The translations under genes were made by a program, and so were the position numbers. From Eledone cirrhosa (lineage: Eukaryota): a DNA stretch of 64,000 nt. The notes under the pieces are model-generated. The model made no database searches, was not told where the DNA came from, and saw only the letters and a list, made by a program, of their open reading frames with translations. Within the stretch, counting starts at the first letter, position 1. Each line of letters starts with the position of its first letter. The stretch covers positions 34,782,001 through 34,846,000 of the forward strand of contig OZ024745.1 of assembly GCA_964016885.1 (NCBI GenBank). Direction: 5' to 3'. Shown here piece after piece: positions 37,297-53,170 of this stretch.

Positions 37297-40200
37297 AATT
37301 TATAATGGAAGTATATAGTTTAACTAATATAACATGTATAGCTGTCTAGATTAGATTAAATTGTTGTGTTGTAGTTTAACATATTCATTAAATACTTTGT
37401 ATAAATATTTCAGCCACATTACCAACATTACTGTGATAACCACCACCATCACCATCATTAACATCATCATCATTAGCATCATTATCATCATCATCATAAC
37501 CACCACCAACCATATGGTTTCCCAAGGAGAGATACATATTTAACATTATTTAGCATCTTCAGTTTTGGTTTCATCAGAGTACTGTTGGCTGTCTGACTGG
37601 CTGGTATGTTACCACTGAAGATCTGGAGGTTCTTCATATGTATGTATGGAAATACTCAGTTTGATGCCCGAGCAAATATTAATCCACTAGGAGAAGGAAA
37701 TCTCTAATGTAAAACCTGCAATTTAATGGCAGCCAATGATGTTAACCTGTTCTTCTTTTTGGATAGTTGTCACCATTGTTCAGAGTGGGGGATTTGTCTA
37801 GTGCAAGGCCTTTCTTCCCTTATAAATGCTTCAAGCACAGATACAACTTGATCGAAACAACTTTCACATATGTTGCGTGAATATAGTTTTGTTTTTCTTT
37901 TGTTGCAGCATATGCAAAAAGGAATCTAATTCCTTGGAAGGACTAAAAATTAATGTTTGTGCCACCCATATATGAAAAAAATGTCATGGGGTGGGAATTC
38001 TCAAAACCGAGATGCAGCCAATATATGTGTGTATGTATGTATGTGTGCACGCATGCATGTACACATCCATGTATGCATGTATGCGTGTATGTACGTGTGC
38101 ATACATGTATGTACACATGCATGTATGTATGTATATATGTACCAGTAACTCATCACATCTTGGGCACTTTAAACATAACAGAGCACATCACACCTCCAGG
38201 TCAGAACACAGCTGGTTTCTTCGTGAGATGGAAAGAAAGAGTGAGTGTGAGAATGTGATATAGAGGAATAATAGATCCCAGTGTGTGACTAGTACTTTTT
38301 ATTGACCTCAAAATAAAGAAAAGCAAGTTGACTTTAGTGGGATTTGTACTCAGATGGAACAAATATCACGAAGCATTCTATCCAACATCCTAATGAATTT
38401 ATCATTTCACTGTACTCTGACTGTATATGCAGTATAACCATGACCTGTTATTGTGAAGTGATCTTAATGGTGTTTATGTTCTTGTTGTTCATGGGTGTGG
38501 TGTTGGTGGTGATAGTACAGATAAATATGTTATTCTGTAGTTTTAGAAGAGAGATTTTAGCCATTTTTATAACTAATTACATGAATGACACTATCACCAC
38601 CGCCACCAGAATCATTGACTACAGCAATATCAACAACAACAACAATAAAATTTCCACCACTATCAACGCCAATCTGTTTACCATCATCAACATCAACACC
38701 AGTATCATCAACATACCATGATCACAACTACCTTTAACAACATTACTACCATCATCATCACCATGACAACTACCACCAACATCACCACAACCACCATCAA
38801 CAACACCGCCATCTTCATGATCCCCATTATATCATCCTCACTATCAAGTCTGATATCTTCCTCTCATTTATCATTTATTTTCCTCTTACATTCTTTAAAT
38901 ACAAACTTCCAGTGCTAGGGACATTATGACCTGACATCAATGAAGTTCCTTGAAACAACTGAAGTTGAAGTTTAAGTAATTCTCTTTCTGAGAATTACAT
39001 CAATTTCTGATTATGGATATTCTCTTTAGTTTGTCATAGCCATTACAGCTATGGCCATGCTTGGTTATTTCTATGAGATTTATTTTCTTACTAGTTAATG
39101 TCTTCTACAGCATAAAACCCACATTAACATATATTCTTGACATGACAAAACAGAACTATTACTACCTGACATTGAAAACTGAAGTCTTTTCATTAATACT
39201 TACAAATTTCACCATGACATGTCCACTAGTAAAGATAATATAAATATTTGAATTAACAAGCCTGTGTTTAGACATTTTCTGTAAAATCATTACAAGATGA
39301 ATATACAATGTTATCTTTAGCATAATATCACATTAAATATTAAAGTCATTACTCTAATATTTCAATTTTTAAAATGATTTGTCCATTAGTAAAGATACTA
39401 TAAACATTTAAATTAACAAACTTTGTTTTAGTTATTTACTGTTAACTTCTACTTAAATTTTGGACTAACGATTTGACTCATAATGAGATAAATCCCCATC
39501 AGCTCGTCTAATTGTAAGAAATGACAAGTTAGTCATGGTAGTAATGTAAAAAAGGGTGAAATTAATTTCCTGAATGACAAAGCTTTTTCACCATCACCAC
39601 TATCATCCTTATCTTCATCATCAGCAGCAGAAATAACAAAATCTCCACCATCTTCATTGTCAGCACTACTACAACTATTATCATCATCATCTTCATTAAT
39701 ATTACCATCACCACCATCATCATCGACAGCAGCACCATCATCAACATCCCCACAAGCTATACCATCATTGACATTGTCACCACCACTAATACTATCATTC
39801 TTGTTATCATCACTACTAATAAGACCACCACCAGTCTCATTACCATCATCAGCATCACCCCCATCACTTAACACAACCTATGTTTTACACAATGTTAACT
39901 TGGATTTAGAAAGATTCAGAGATTCAGTTGAGAATCAACGTGTTTATACCGTGATTCCAGTATGGCTAAAATCTCTAAGTTGTTAAGTTTAGTCTATCTT
40001 TTACAGGTAATAATCAACTGATTCTAGGAATTATTATATTACAATAGAAATATTCTCTAAATCTATCATATTTACTTTTCTTTCCAATAATATTTCCACA
40101 TCTTGTATATTTTCCTTAATAAATTTCTTGGTAAATTCTATTAATATATCAATTGAACTCATTATTTTACTAATAAATTTTCAGTAGTTTTGATTGCTAT

Positions 40201-42785
40201 TCTGCTAATCTCAATGTCTTCATTTGTTGAGAAGTAGTAAGTAGTTTATCTGCAATTCTCTTTTATAAATATAAATAATATAATTCCAGTTACATAAATG
40301 ATTTTTGTTGTTGTTGTTATTGTCTTTTACAAAAGAGAAATATGTTCCAACTAATTTTTGGGCCAACACTTTTACAATTTAAAGTGTACTACAGATAATT
40401 TGGAGATTTCATAAGTGATTTTAATAATCATTATTATTGATTATGTTTAATTTTGGAAAACTGGTACAATACAAGTTAGTTTTCATTCTTGTATTTCTAA
40501 CTAGCATTAAATCAGTTTTCTGAAAATGATTATAACCAAATATCCCACAATGGTTCATATAAACTATACTGCTTTATCATTATTGAGTTTTTTAAGCATA
40601 TTTGTGAGACAAATATACATATATACATATAATTTATAATAAAACCACAAACAATGTTTGTATATATATTTTTTTTTTCAGTTGATTTTCTATTATGCAT
40701 ATTCAGGAAATACTATTATTATCTTCACATATGTAACTTAAAAAATGAATTAAATATAAATATCATTACATGTTTAATACTTCAAGTGAACATTCTTTGG
40801 TACATTACTTCTATTTCTTTTATTCTTTCTTTTACTGGTTTCAGTCAATAGACTGCCTTTATTCTGGTGTAATGCCTTCAATTACAATAACCCCAGTTCT
40901 TTGTCCAGTACTGGTACTCTGGTACCTATCTCATCATTAACATAAGATATAAAGTGCAAAGTGGACATTGATGTAAGGGTAGACAATTCAGTCATACATT
41001 AATACTCTTGGGTGTTTCTGTTCAAATGTATCTGTTCTCATGCCATATATATATATGATGGGCTTCCATACATTTTCTGCCTAACAAATTTCACTCACAA
41101 GTGCTGGTGACTATAGTATGAGACACTTGCCTTCCCTATAAAACCGCATAGTTGGATCATGTGGTTGTAAAGCTAACTTCTTGATTACTCAATAATACTT
41201 CTGTTTCCTTTAATCTTTCTATATATTGTATACATTCCTTATATAGTAATAATGTTTCCGTTTATAGCAACATCAAGGTATAAGGATTTATTTATATAGC
41301 CACAGCTGCTGTTTATTTCAAGTACACTTGTTTCTGTTCATTCTTCTCTTTTGGAGACTTTGAATGCAAAAACAGTTTCCAACATTTTACTTTTGGCTTT
41401 TCTTCTTCCTCACTTTGTACATGCTGTTATTCAACTGCTTTAACTATTTTTCTTCTTCCTTTACTGAACATTCTCTATGTGAATTAATCAAGTGTATGTA
41501 AGGTATGCTATTTTGCAGGGTGGCTTATCATGCAGCAACTTACACACAGGTTTTACTAATGTAAGCTAAATCATCATGTTGAGAGAGCCTAGTGAACAAC
41601 AACTCTTGATTATTTTACCTTATATTTTATGTAAGGTTGGAGAGGTATTTAAAAAGAATGTCTATTTGTTTATTTATTTCAAGCTTCATTGTAAAAGAAA
41701 GGATGAGATCAAAGAAAAAAGTATAGAGATATAAACCCCATTCAGTCACTATACCTCTGTATAATTTTTCTTCAAGTTAAAGCTGAAGAGAATGCAGATA
41801 CTGTTGGTATGAAATCAAGGCCCTATCAAGGAATAAATAATACGTTTCTAAATATGGTTTGGATGCAGCTAGCTTCCGATCACAGCTGGAACTGCTGGAG
41901 TTAGACCAAGCAAATTGTCATATGGCATCACATTGTTCCAATTCTGAGGTGGTAAGTCACTTATCTGGGATGCAACTTGCAGTGATATTTTCTCCAATAA
42001 TAACCTTCTAAATTCAGCATCTTACACAGATTTATTTGCCTAGCACTTGACTGCCTCCCAATAGGTTTACTATAAAACCCATATTGATGGAAGCATCTGA
42101 CATGCTGGTCCTCAAACCACCTGCATCTTCTAATTATTATTGAACAGATGCAAATATTTCTATGAAATGAAAGCCATATTAAGGAATACATTAATGGCCT
42201 TAGCTCAAAATATTGTTTCTGAGTTCACTAACTGTTTGCCTCTTTTTTATATATAATATTCTATACAAACTTTGTGTGTGAGTGTGTGTGCATTTTTTCT
42301 AAATTATTTTAACTTATTTCTTCGGAATAATTTTCTTATGAATTTTATTTAGTCTCAGTTATACAGCTAAAGCAAACTCTCATTTCTTTCACACTATTGA
42401 AAATACATAGCATGTTGCTGTTGTTGTTGTGCTTGTGGATACCATATTAAAATGTCTCTTCAAAATATCTTCCATCTAATGGTGTATTATTGAGTCAGTG
42501 CTGTAAGTAAGACCTTTAAATATAAACACTACAAATTATTAAAGAAATTCACTTGAAAATATAAGGACAGTAATGACCATAGTTACTATATATTTTGCCT
42601 GATCTAACTACTGAAGGAGTAAAATGGTAAAATGCATAATAGATTATTTATCTGATACAACAAAACTTTTGAAGGAAATTTTGGTATCCCATAGGCTGTT
42701 GGTGAAAGCAATTTTGCATTTCTGAAATTTTCTTCATGCACATATGCACCCATATACACTACACATGCATGCACACCCACACACC

Positions 42786-42822
<37 letters not shown>

Positions 42823-44360
42823 TTATATATATACATATACAAAACTAAAGTACCAAGCACACATTTAACATATTTATTTAAGAATAACAAAATTGTTATA
42901 GAAAGGATCTGATAATTTTAATTCAAACCTTAATGTATTCATAACTGGGAATATGTAAACTAATTTCAGGCTAGGTCATCATATATATGGAGTTAACTAA
43001 TTTTCTTGTTCTAATTCTTCAAGTTTTTCCTGTTATTTTTCTTCTTTTTCCACTTGGCCTCCTTCTCTTTTTATGAGACTAGTATAACAGAGATCCTATC
43101 ATGTGGCTATGCTTGTGGCCATGGGAAATCAGACCCTAATGCACACAAGTGTCTTTTCATGGAGCATTAATTGTCACTCTTTAGAAAAAAGACAAGCAAC
43201 CTGTATATAGCAATATCATTTGTTACAGTCAAGCTGAACTAAATACTTTTTGCCTGCCTTTTTATGACTTAGTTATCATATATGATGATGGATTCTTTGT
43301 TGGTTTTGACAATGAGCATTTGATTGTTCCTTTAACTAATGTTTGGCATGTAAATTAATATGTAACTGGTTAAGTATTCCACAGACATGTGGCAGAATCA
43401 GAGTGACAATATATAACAAGGCTGGGTCTTTGAATTACATGTAAAATCCATCAGACAGGATTCCACAGAGTTTCCATCTACTCAACTTCATTCACAAAAC
43501 TATGGTAAAGACACTTGCCAAAGATTCATTGATGTGGGATTGAACCCAAAACCTCATGATTGTGAAGCAAACTTTTTAACCACTCATCCATGCTTGTATT
43601 AAGATAGTACAGTGCCCATTACCTTTTTGTAAGTCTTTGGATACTGGTGGGAGGAAATTATCCCCAAAATAAAGACATGGACTGAATGCTTACAATAAAA
43701 TAGACTTCACTAAAAACCAAAAACCATCACACAAGGACCAGGTGGTGATGGTGGGATTAAACTGGGAAACTGCCATTAACTTAGTTTTACTTTAAAAAAC
43801 CTTGTTTTGTCTCTGCAACTGACATAACGCAAGTCTGTGCCTTAATTAATGGTTTTTATTTCCTATTTTTAATCTTATACTTATGTCAACTCTAATTCTG
43901 TAAATTTAGCACTTTTTTCTTTATTTCACTATAACTATAATGTATACTTCTAATTTGCAGAGCTTCCCTCAGTCATAATAGTTTTATTAGTTTCAAACAA
44001 TAAGCAGATTTTGATAGGAAACTAGTAGTGGTGTTCTGTATCACTGCATCCTCAAATTTGGGTAAGATCATCTCTCCGCAGCATAGAAACCTATTTAGAT
44101 TTACTGACTTTGTTTCATCAAATTTGGGAAGATAATCTTATTGCATCTACTCATTTGAAACTTTATACATGACAATGTTTCTCTGATATTTTCCATTTAT
44201 CCAGAATAGTTTTGCTTAATGATTTTCTGTCATAAATCTTCACCAGAGGTTATGAAAATATTTTAAAGGTTTTTTTTAATCGAATATATGGTAAGATATG
44301 TATGGAGGAATCTCTAAAATATTGATCTTACTAAATGGCTACAGAAAGTGCTCATTTGTT

Positions 44361-44419
44361 TGTATAATAGACATCTTATTGTTGTATAATAGACATCTTA
44401 TTGTTGTATAATAGACATC
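44361..44419. repeat. 22-bp minisatellite, ~2.7 copies
   Basis: Unit tgtataatagacatcttattgt. Confidence 0.85.
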
Positions 44420-44981
44420 AGCTATCTAAATGACCATGGTTTTGTACCCAGAAAGTTCTTCCCCAAGGTTCAAACCTTTGCATGGTGTTTTGTGGAAGGC
44501 CAGCAATCATTCATGCATGCCGGTCACTCCTCTTCATGACACCAATGATTTCTAAGAGAAAAACAAAAGCTAATAGAGCTTGAACCAAAGTCATCATAAT
44601 TCAATATTTCTAACTGAGTAGACTAGAGCAATGTAAAATAAGGTGCCACCCATTCTGAAGGTCAAATTCATTGTGAATCAACACTCTAACCCCTAACCAG
44701 CACAACTTCAGTTGTTTCAATATCTGTACTGCAACACTATGATGGGCAGATTGTTAACGAGAAGCTCCTTCACATTTTGGTCTGATCTAAAATATAGCTC
44801 ATTTGTTATACAAAATTAAACCTCATATTAAGTGTTGAATAAATAATAATTGTTTCAACTTTTGGCACAAGGCCAGCAATTATCCCAGTGTATTACTGGT
44901 ACTTTATTTGAATTAATAATAATATGTATGAAATGATATGTATACTCATATCCCTTCAGATAAGAGTTCATTTCCCATCAG

Positions 44982-45021
<40 letters not shown>

Positions 45022-47443
45022 TCATCATTTCATATATATATGTATATATATATGATATCTAGGGTAACAATTAGATAAATAATTACATTGATAATTACTA
45101 ATTAAATATTGGTAATCACATATTGGGTTAGGTTGATAATTATATTGATCATTAGTAATAATGTATTGAATTCAATTGTTTTTCCATAGTATCAAATTAG
45201 CGTAAAAATGTTTCAGTTGTGAATCATAAGGTATAAAATATTACATTGGTGTCCTTTATTGCAGGTGAATCTATTAGACACACACAGAGACACACATATG
45301 TATAATTACATACATGGACATATATGCCTGCATGCACATACATAGGCATACATTCATACATATATACATACATTCATACATATATATACACACTTACTTA
45401 CATGCAGACACACATACATATATATATACATATATGTATATATCTATATATTATTCTGTATGCTAACCACATATCTCCAAATAATCTCTTTGTAAATGAC
45501 ATACACGTTTCTTGTATGAGTATGAACTATTTGTTGGTGACCATTAGTTTCCTGAATTGCAGAAAGGTATGTGAAGTTGTCTTCAGTTTCTCATTCATGG
45601 CAGGGTTCTTATATTTATATATTGTTTTTATTTTTATTATATATCAACTTTACAGCATTCTTTCATTAAATACACTTCATTGTTTTCTTGTATAATTTTC
45701 ATGCTCTTTTTGCTTTAATGTAAATGTTCTCAATTTTGTTTTGTTTTGTTTTTCACATTCAATTTAAGAAATTTTTTTAAAGCATTTTTGTCAAATGAAA
45801 GAAAAAAGAAATTGTAAATTAATAAAAGCAAAAAAAAAAGTACTTTGTAAAATATATTTTATAAGCATGTGCAAATATTACTGTACAAATCTTTCCTCCT
45901 ATTTAAATTCCATTTACTCCATTAAATATTGTTTTGTGTAGAAGGAAACAAGGAAAATGACACTTACATTTAGGGTAGCAAAGATGTCAAACTAAAATTA
46001 AATAGTTAATATTATTATAAGAATCTGCTTTGATTTCTTTTTTTTTTCTTTTTTTTTTTTTTTGAGAGAGAGAAATATATTTGACAATTTACTATAGATA
46101 GAGTTTCCATTAAAACCCAACCTAGCATAATTTTTTTTCCTTATTCTTTTTCAATATATACATAACAAGCACTTTTCTTGCAAAACTATTTCACCATTTT
46201 TTTCTCTCTGTCTTTTATAAAAAATAACTATGATGACAATGATTATAATCTTTCAACAGAATTACATTTGTGAAATCAGCAATAACTTTACAATTGATTT
46301 TAAAATATATATATTTTAATACTGAAAAAAAAAAATTAAATGTTTGTTGTTAAGTCTATATGTTTAACTTCACTAAATTATGTTGAAACTAAATGAAATG
46401 TAATCATTTAATAATAATGATAAGGATAATAATAATAATGATAGTAATATTAGTAATATAAATAATAATAATAATAATAATTATAATTATATTATCAATG
46501 ATTATATTTAATGAATGAGAATTATATTTGGTTATGTTGATGGAACTTTGAATTATATTTATAGTAATTATAAATCAATTTATTATGTATTATCATAGTA
46601 GAATCTTGGCCCTTATGTGCTTCCTTCTATTAAATTAAAGCTTGCATTTCACCATTTCACCATTTTACCATTTAAACATTTCATCCTTTCTAATTATTGG
46701 TCATACTTTCCATTGCAGAAATTAATTTATATAATTTAATTATATTTCTTACCTAAAATATAAATTTCAATTATTTGAGTTAGATAATCAATCCAAAGTA
46801 GCCTGATTGATAAAATATTATATTACAGCATGTAGGAAGCATTTATATTTCAACTTCATTGCACAAAGAGTAATATTTAGATTACAGTACATGTAATATG
46901 TATGCTACTATCAAAAGTAATTAAATGATTTGATTATGAGAATTCCAGTTGTTGAATAGGCTGATCTACTTGCCAATTCAATCCTATATAGTGTAATTGA
47001 CTGAGTATTCCAAACACAATTTTAATATTTATATCTTTACCATAATTCTCAGATATGATAGGTGTGTCTTTTGACTGGCTTTTAAATTACATTTACAGTA
47101 CATCCAAATGTCTTCCTTCACACATTTAGTTTCACTTAGTTTTATTCACAGACAGTAAAAAAAAAAGACAATAACGAAAATGCCTTAGGATGGGATTGAA
47201 CATAGGATCACGGGATTGAGAAGTAAACTTCGTAACTGATGAGCCAAGGGAAACTCTATATGAAAACATATAAAAAACGTTTTGCATGGAACAAATGAGA
47301 AGGGTGAGATAGTCCAGTGTAAATATATAAAGAAGTTTTCTCTGTACATATTTTATATACACATACTCACCCCACCTACAACACATTTTATACACACACA
47401 TATACATATATATATAGATATAGATATATAGATATATATGTAT

Positions 47444-47482
<39 letters not shown>

Positions 47483-47527
47483 CGTCTGGCCTTCTGTTGT
47501 TTTTAATGAGTACATATATATATCATC

Positions 47528-47578
<51 letters not shown>

Positions 47579-50500
47579 AATGTCCACTTTCCCTGCTAGC
47601 AAGAATTGAATGGGTTTTCACAAACTGAGTCAGTACTGAACTCCCAGACAGGCCAGGGTTTCGCATCTTGCTTACATATAGTTCCCCGTTCTACCAAGTA
47701 TGATTTATCATGGTACCAATACTAGAGAGGTTATCATGTCTTTTTGACAACTGATGAGTCCTCCCTTGTTTGGCAAACTTTCTACAACTAAATTCCTTTC
47801 CTATCACCAACCACTTTCCAACGTGTAATGGGTGTGTTTACTGTGTAGATCACGAACACTAGGAAGGTTGTCATGTCCTTCACATAAATGAAGAGTCCTC
47901 CCAATATAGAGAGCTTACCTAACAGATTAGGCACGCTCTCTATAGCTGGAAGCTCTACCTATCACCAAGCACTTAGCAGCAACTAATGGGTTCATTTATC
48001 ATGTAGATTCCCAACACTAAGGAGGTTGTTGTGCCATTGACACAATTGAGGGTTCCTTTCAACCCTTTTAGACATGGTTTCTATAGCAGAGTGCCCTCCT
48101 TATTGTCAACATCCTTACAGGGTGAAACAGAGACATTTTTGTGGCACTGTTACTAGAAAGTTGGTTGGTAATTTTCCCAACTTAAGAGCCCCCCCTCTAC
48201 TGTGTGGGGTTTATGGGAGGGGGGGGGGGTAAAGATAGATTGCAGTTATGGGTATATTACATGCCTGGTGTAATTTGACAGAGTGGTGAGTAGGAGGTAG
48301 AGATAACTGATAATATAGGAAGAAAGGGAAAGTAGTTATGGGGTGTGTTGGTGATGTCATACCACACAGTGGCGGTATAATAATGGAGAAAATAAATGAA
48401 GGGTGGTAGTGGAGAGGTGACAGCATCGAGAGAGTAGCTACTAGGGTGTAATAGTGAGGGTATCTAGGGCTTTATAGGGTGGAGAAGCTAAAGAATGATA
48501 CTAAAGGTGGCATAGATGGATAGTGCAGTGATGGTAAAGATACCTACTGAGGAGCTCTAATGGAAGTGGGTACGAGGGGATGGGTCAGATCACACTGTAT
48601 GCTTATAGCTGATCTTCACTAGCCCTCACAATCCTTTTTCATCACTGTAGTGTAGTGAGCTTTAGTTTCTGCAGGTCTCTCTTCACTACCTTATCCCAAG
48701 TCTTCTTGAGTCTGCCTCTTCTACAGGGCCTAGCCACTTTGATTTCTCTGCATTTCTTCTATGCATCACATAGCCATACCAGACAGTGTTGTTTCAAGTT
48801 TTGTTCATTCCTATTAGTCAGTTTGTATCGAGGGATGAGATCAGCAGATGGTTTGCTTCTAGGTGTCATAGGGGCTGCATTTTGTTAAATGATAGCTAAA
48901 CAGGAACAACTCTGATGCAATTATTAATAGTAGTCTCCCTTGCTTTCATTAGAAATGTTTGTAAAATTCGATTGAAAATTATGAAATAACATTATCAACT
49001 TGAAATCATCTAATAAGGAACCCTGTTTATGATACCAATGTGACTGTTTGCTCTTGTTAAGAAATAAAGTGAACTGTTGCAATATGTGCATTTTCTCAGT
49101 AAGAGAACGTTGGCAATTACACATTCTGAATGAATAACAAAGAACTTGTCAAGTATATTCCCTGTTGTACTAAGCAGGTTATTTTTCTGATTTGGGAACC
49201 TCCAGATGTAATGGAAGAGAGTCATAAAGTCTGTGGACACACATGAACTTTCAAAGTTAATTCTAGTTCATATAAGCAAGACACTTAACCCATGATAATG
49301 CACAATGAATCAACAAGTGATCAGTGCTATGATTATATTTATGCAGAGATTAAACAACCTTGAAGAATGAAACACAGATGGGCTGAATCATTAGATCAGT
49401 TGATAAAATTGAACATTGTGTCATTCGTTATGGTTCTCAGCACTTTAAATTATAATCTCACTAATGTCAACAATCACTGTGTCCATGCATTCATATATGC
49501 TATAATAATACATGAATAATGTAAACAATTTAAATATTCAATAAACTGCATGAATGTTAATTTTAAATGCATAGCTATAGCAATCACAGTAATATCTAAA
49601 GAGACATTTTAATTAGATGTTTGACTCACATACTTTTGACACTTGACTATGTTAAGATAAATTGCAACATAGATCTACTTTTGGCATAATTGAGAGTTGT
49701 ACATACTGGGATTATTTGTAGAAAGGTAATTATTAACATGTCAGCAGATAACTGAGAGGTGTTTGGCAACTTATGATTCTTTGAATGATTTCTAATTAAA
49801 TAATGGCAACACCAGGATTGTACACTCCTACTTGTTATCATGAGATTTTAAATTATACCAAGCAAAATTCCTTTAGATCCCATCTAATTTTTTTATTTAT
49901 TGTTTTGGTCTTTATGATATATATGATCTACAGTTGATATAATATCGAGATCATATATAGAAATAAGCCATTGCTGCAACTCTTAAGATATACAGCTAAA
50001 CTGTGTTTGTTTCAATCTTCTTAGATGAAAAATAGAATTGTCTCTCATTCAGTATCCCTGCATGTCATAAGAGACAAAAAGGTAGGCATCAGAAAGGGCC
50101 ATCAGCTGTAAATCATTGCCTAAAAAATGTCATATCATGGGGGCCATAGGTTTAACCCCTGCTCTACCAGGAAAATTGACCTTAAAATATGTGTTGTTTG
50201 TCTTTTTCCCTTCTCTAACCTTGCAATGTTTACAACAGATATGCTGCATATCCTTTTAATTATTGTGTGACATCTTTCAAAGTTAATAATTTGATGAAGT
50301 GACAGGATCATGTGTCCATTTGTTGTGATATCTCTTCCAAAGACTTGCATTTTAATTTCAAATTCTGCTTAGTTTAACTTTGCTTTTCATTAATCTGGGA
50401 TTGCTAAATAAAGAACCAGTCTTTGATGGTAGACTGGAAGAATTCTTGGAGTGTGGATATTTTATGACATTTCTTCCAGTTCTTTGCATTTGTAGGTCAA

Positions 50501-50843
50501 ATTCTGCCATAAATCACTTGCATGTTAGACTTAATCTGTTACTTGGCTTAACACCATAACCTGGTCCTTGAGTGCCAGATCTCCAGTTTGAAGGTACCTT
50601 CTCACCTCCCTTTTACCAGTTTCATAAGTTCTGAATAAACAAAGGACATGGGTACTGGACTTTTTCTTGATTAGGCAATAATAATAAAAATACTTGTGGC
50701 TGCTTCTCCATTTCAATGCTATTTATTTAATGGTATCCAACCTTGAAATTTATTCCTACAATTCCAATATAAAATTATTCCCACCTATGCTATCATGAAA
50801 CAAGAAATGAATCTAGACATTTTGATATAATGAATGATATAAT

Positions 50844-51240
50844 ATAATGAAATTATTGTGTACTGTGCTCAGATGCACTACAACTCATCAAAGGTGAATG
50901 TATAGTACATAGAATAATAAACAAATGTCAGGAAATTGAATAGTGTATGAGTCATGATATACATGTGTGCGTGTGTATGGAGGGGGGGAATGCTAGGTGT
51001 AGTGTTGGCGAATATCAGGAAGCATGGAGGTTTTAAAGGATGCAGTGTCTCCACAGCTAATAACTGATGCAGGTAGTTTGTTCCATGCTTCAGCAACTCT
51101 GAGCGTGAAAAAATGTTTCCAAAAGTCATGGGAGCTGTGTTGTTCTCTGACTTTGTGGGCAATGCCCATGTGTGTTAGACACATGGAAATCAAAAAGGTA
51201 CTCAGGGTTGTTGTTGGCAAGATGGTTAATAATTTTGTTT
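50844..51240 (-). mobile_element. CR1/L2-like LINE 3' end, copy 1
   Basis: KIINHL...SNTHGH / KVREQHSSHDFWKHFFTLRVAEAWNKLPASVISCGDTASFKTSM plus 3'UTR. Confidence 0.85.
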
Positions 51241-52256
51241 GCATTCTTCTCTCCATATGGCAAGGAGAGCTCTTCAATCGATTCAATGACAAGCAACCTG
51301 CCTAGTGCTGGTGCCATGAAAAATATAGCCAGTACTTATTATTTTAAAGAGTGGTTAAAAATAGGATACAAGCTAAATAAAATGAGATTTAAATGTTTGC
51401 GAAAATGTTTAAATTCATTAATAAATGAATAAGCAATGAAATAGACATTCTAATTTAGAGCAATTGATAGTAGTAAATTTTTCTGAATGCTTTCAAACCC
51501 TTTCCCCAAGTTAAATAAACAATTATTATATGAATGTTAACATTAAACAAGAATGTATGAAAAACCTTGTTACCTTCAGGGCATGTCCACAGAATGTATA
51601 ATTGATAGATATGAATCTACTTAATGGAAATTCTTTACTAGAATACAAAACATTTTCTTGAAGCTTTTATGTTAACAGTTTTAAAACTCTTTTTTTTTTT
51701 GTTATTCAAATTCATTATAAATTATTCAAATGCCTGAAGATTAGTCTGGAGTTCTTTATATTCAGTTTTAATGGATGATTTGTTAGTATATAGTTCTAAA
51801 ACTGAAATATTTTGAGTGAACAAAAGTATCACCTCTATGTGATTGCTCAATCTGCTAGAAATAACAGTCACGTTTTCCTAGAAGCATCACTAGTGTGATG
51901 TTCTTGAAAAGAATAAAATGTCACTATAAATGTATCACATTAATATTTAAAGTTTTTCCTTCAATGTAGCAAATTTTTACAATGATCTGTTCCTTTTTTA
52001 GGTATATTCTACTAAATAATTAAAATATGCTAAGAGTTAAGGTGTTCAAATTTGAATTAAAATCTGGAGTGAAATACACATTATACAGGACAGATAATAT
52101 AAGATTTCAGTAGTTTATTTATATTTTATTATTAAGTTGAAAATTAGTTATTTCACTAAACCTCGCATAAGTATTGATTATCTTGATAATTAAAATAAAT
52201 GGGCAGAATATTCTTCTTGTAAATGTGATCACAAAAAATTTGAATCACACCCCTTA

Positions 52257-52289
<33 letters not shown>

Positions 52290-53170
52290 TTTACGTCCGT
52301 TTTTCCCTGGTTGCAAGGGTGGGACAGGTCCTACTCACCACCTCCGCCCATGTTTTTCGTGGTCTTCCTCTACTATGTCTTCCTTCAACTGGCATTTTTT
52401 GGCACTTCTTCACCCATTGGTCATCCTCCATGCGCATCACATGTCCATACCATCGCAGTCTCCTCTCCCGCACACTACAATTTATCCCTCTCAGACACAG
52501 TTTCTCCCTCAACACATCCATGTTCGGCCATTCACACACATTGACATTGCACATCCAACAGAGCATGCTTGCCTCATTTCTCTCCAGCCATCGCATATCC
52601 TCTGCAGTTGCTGCCCATGTCTCACTACCATGCAGCATCGCGCACCTCACACAGGCATCATATAACTGGCTTTTCGTACACAGGGAGAAACCCTTCTTCA
52701 CCAACCCGTCCTTATTCTAGATACCATGGCCTCGAAACGCCCCCCCCCCCCTCCATGCTAATCTGATCACCTAGGTACCGGAAGCTATCAACCACTTCTA
52801 TAGCACCCACCTGCATTTGAAAAATGTGTCTATCAATGCAACTTCTACTGTCAAATTTCCCTGTACATCTACTGCATACATATTTCTCCCTACCTGTTAG
52901 TTTGCCTGCTATCCCACTACATCTCTTGTGTAGCCAAGATCTGCATTGTGTACATTTTATAGAATTTATGCCAGTTCCTTTTCTGTATATCGAACATGGC
53001 CAATTCCCTGACGGAATCACAGTTTTGTCCTCTTTTCAACTCATCAACACTTTGTCTTAGCTAGGTTCACTCTCAGTCCTCTTGATTCCAACTACTGTTT
53101 CCATAGCCAGAATTTATTCTCTAGATCCTCTACTGATTCTGCTATAAGAACCAGATCGTCAGCATAGATG
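52257..53170 (-). mobile_element. 5'-truncated RTE LINE (YADD, Cys/His finger insert, C-terminus, (ATG)n tail)
   Basis: IYADDLVLIAES..SRGLRVNLAKTK; WPCSI..CTQCRSWLHKRCSG..YVCSRC; VVDSFRYLGD; LYDACVRCAMLHGSETW..RRLRWYGHVMRM..RGRPRKTW; stops and deletions present. Confidence 0.92.

Noticed and set aside
39120-39435. Diverged ~160-bp tandem duplication
   Set aside because: Real but ordinary; no sign of function.
39533-39986. Asp/Gly-rich or Ser/Pro-rich ORFs of 109-113 aa
   Set aside because: Derived from a decayed (CAT)/(CAC) trinucleotide tract; no splice or domain support.
47236-47258. CTGATGA-gccaagg-GAAAC hammerhead-like string
   Set aside because: No credible stem I or II; it falls in the reverse complement of a decayed tRNA-SINE head.
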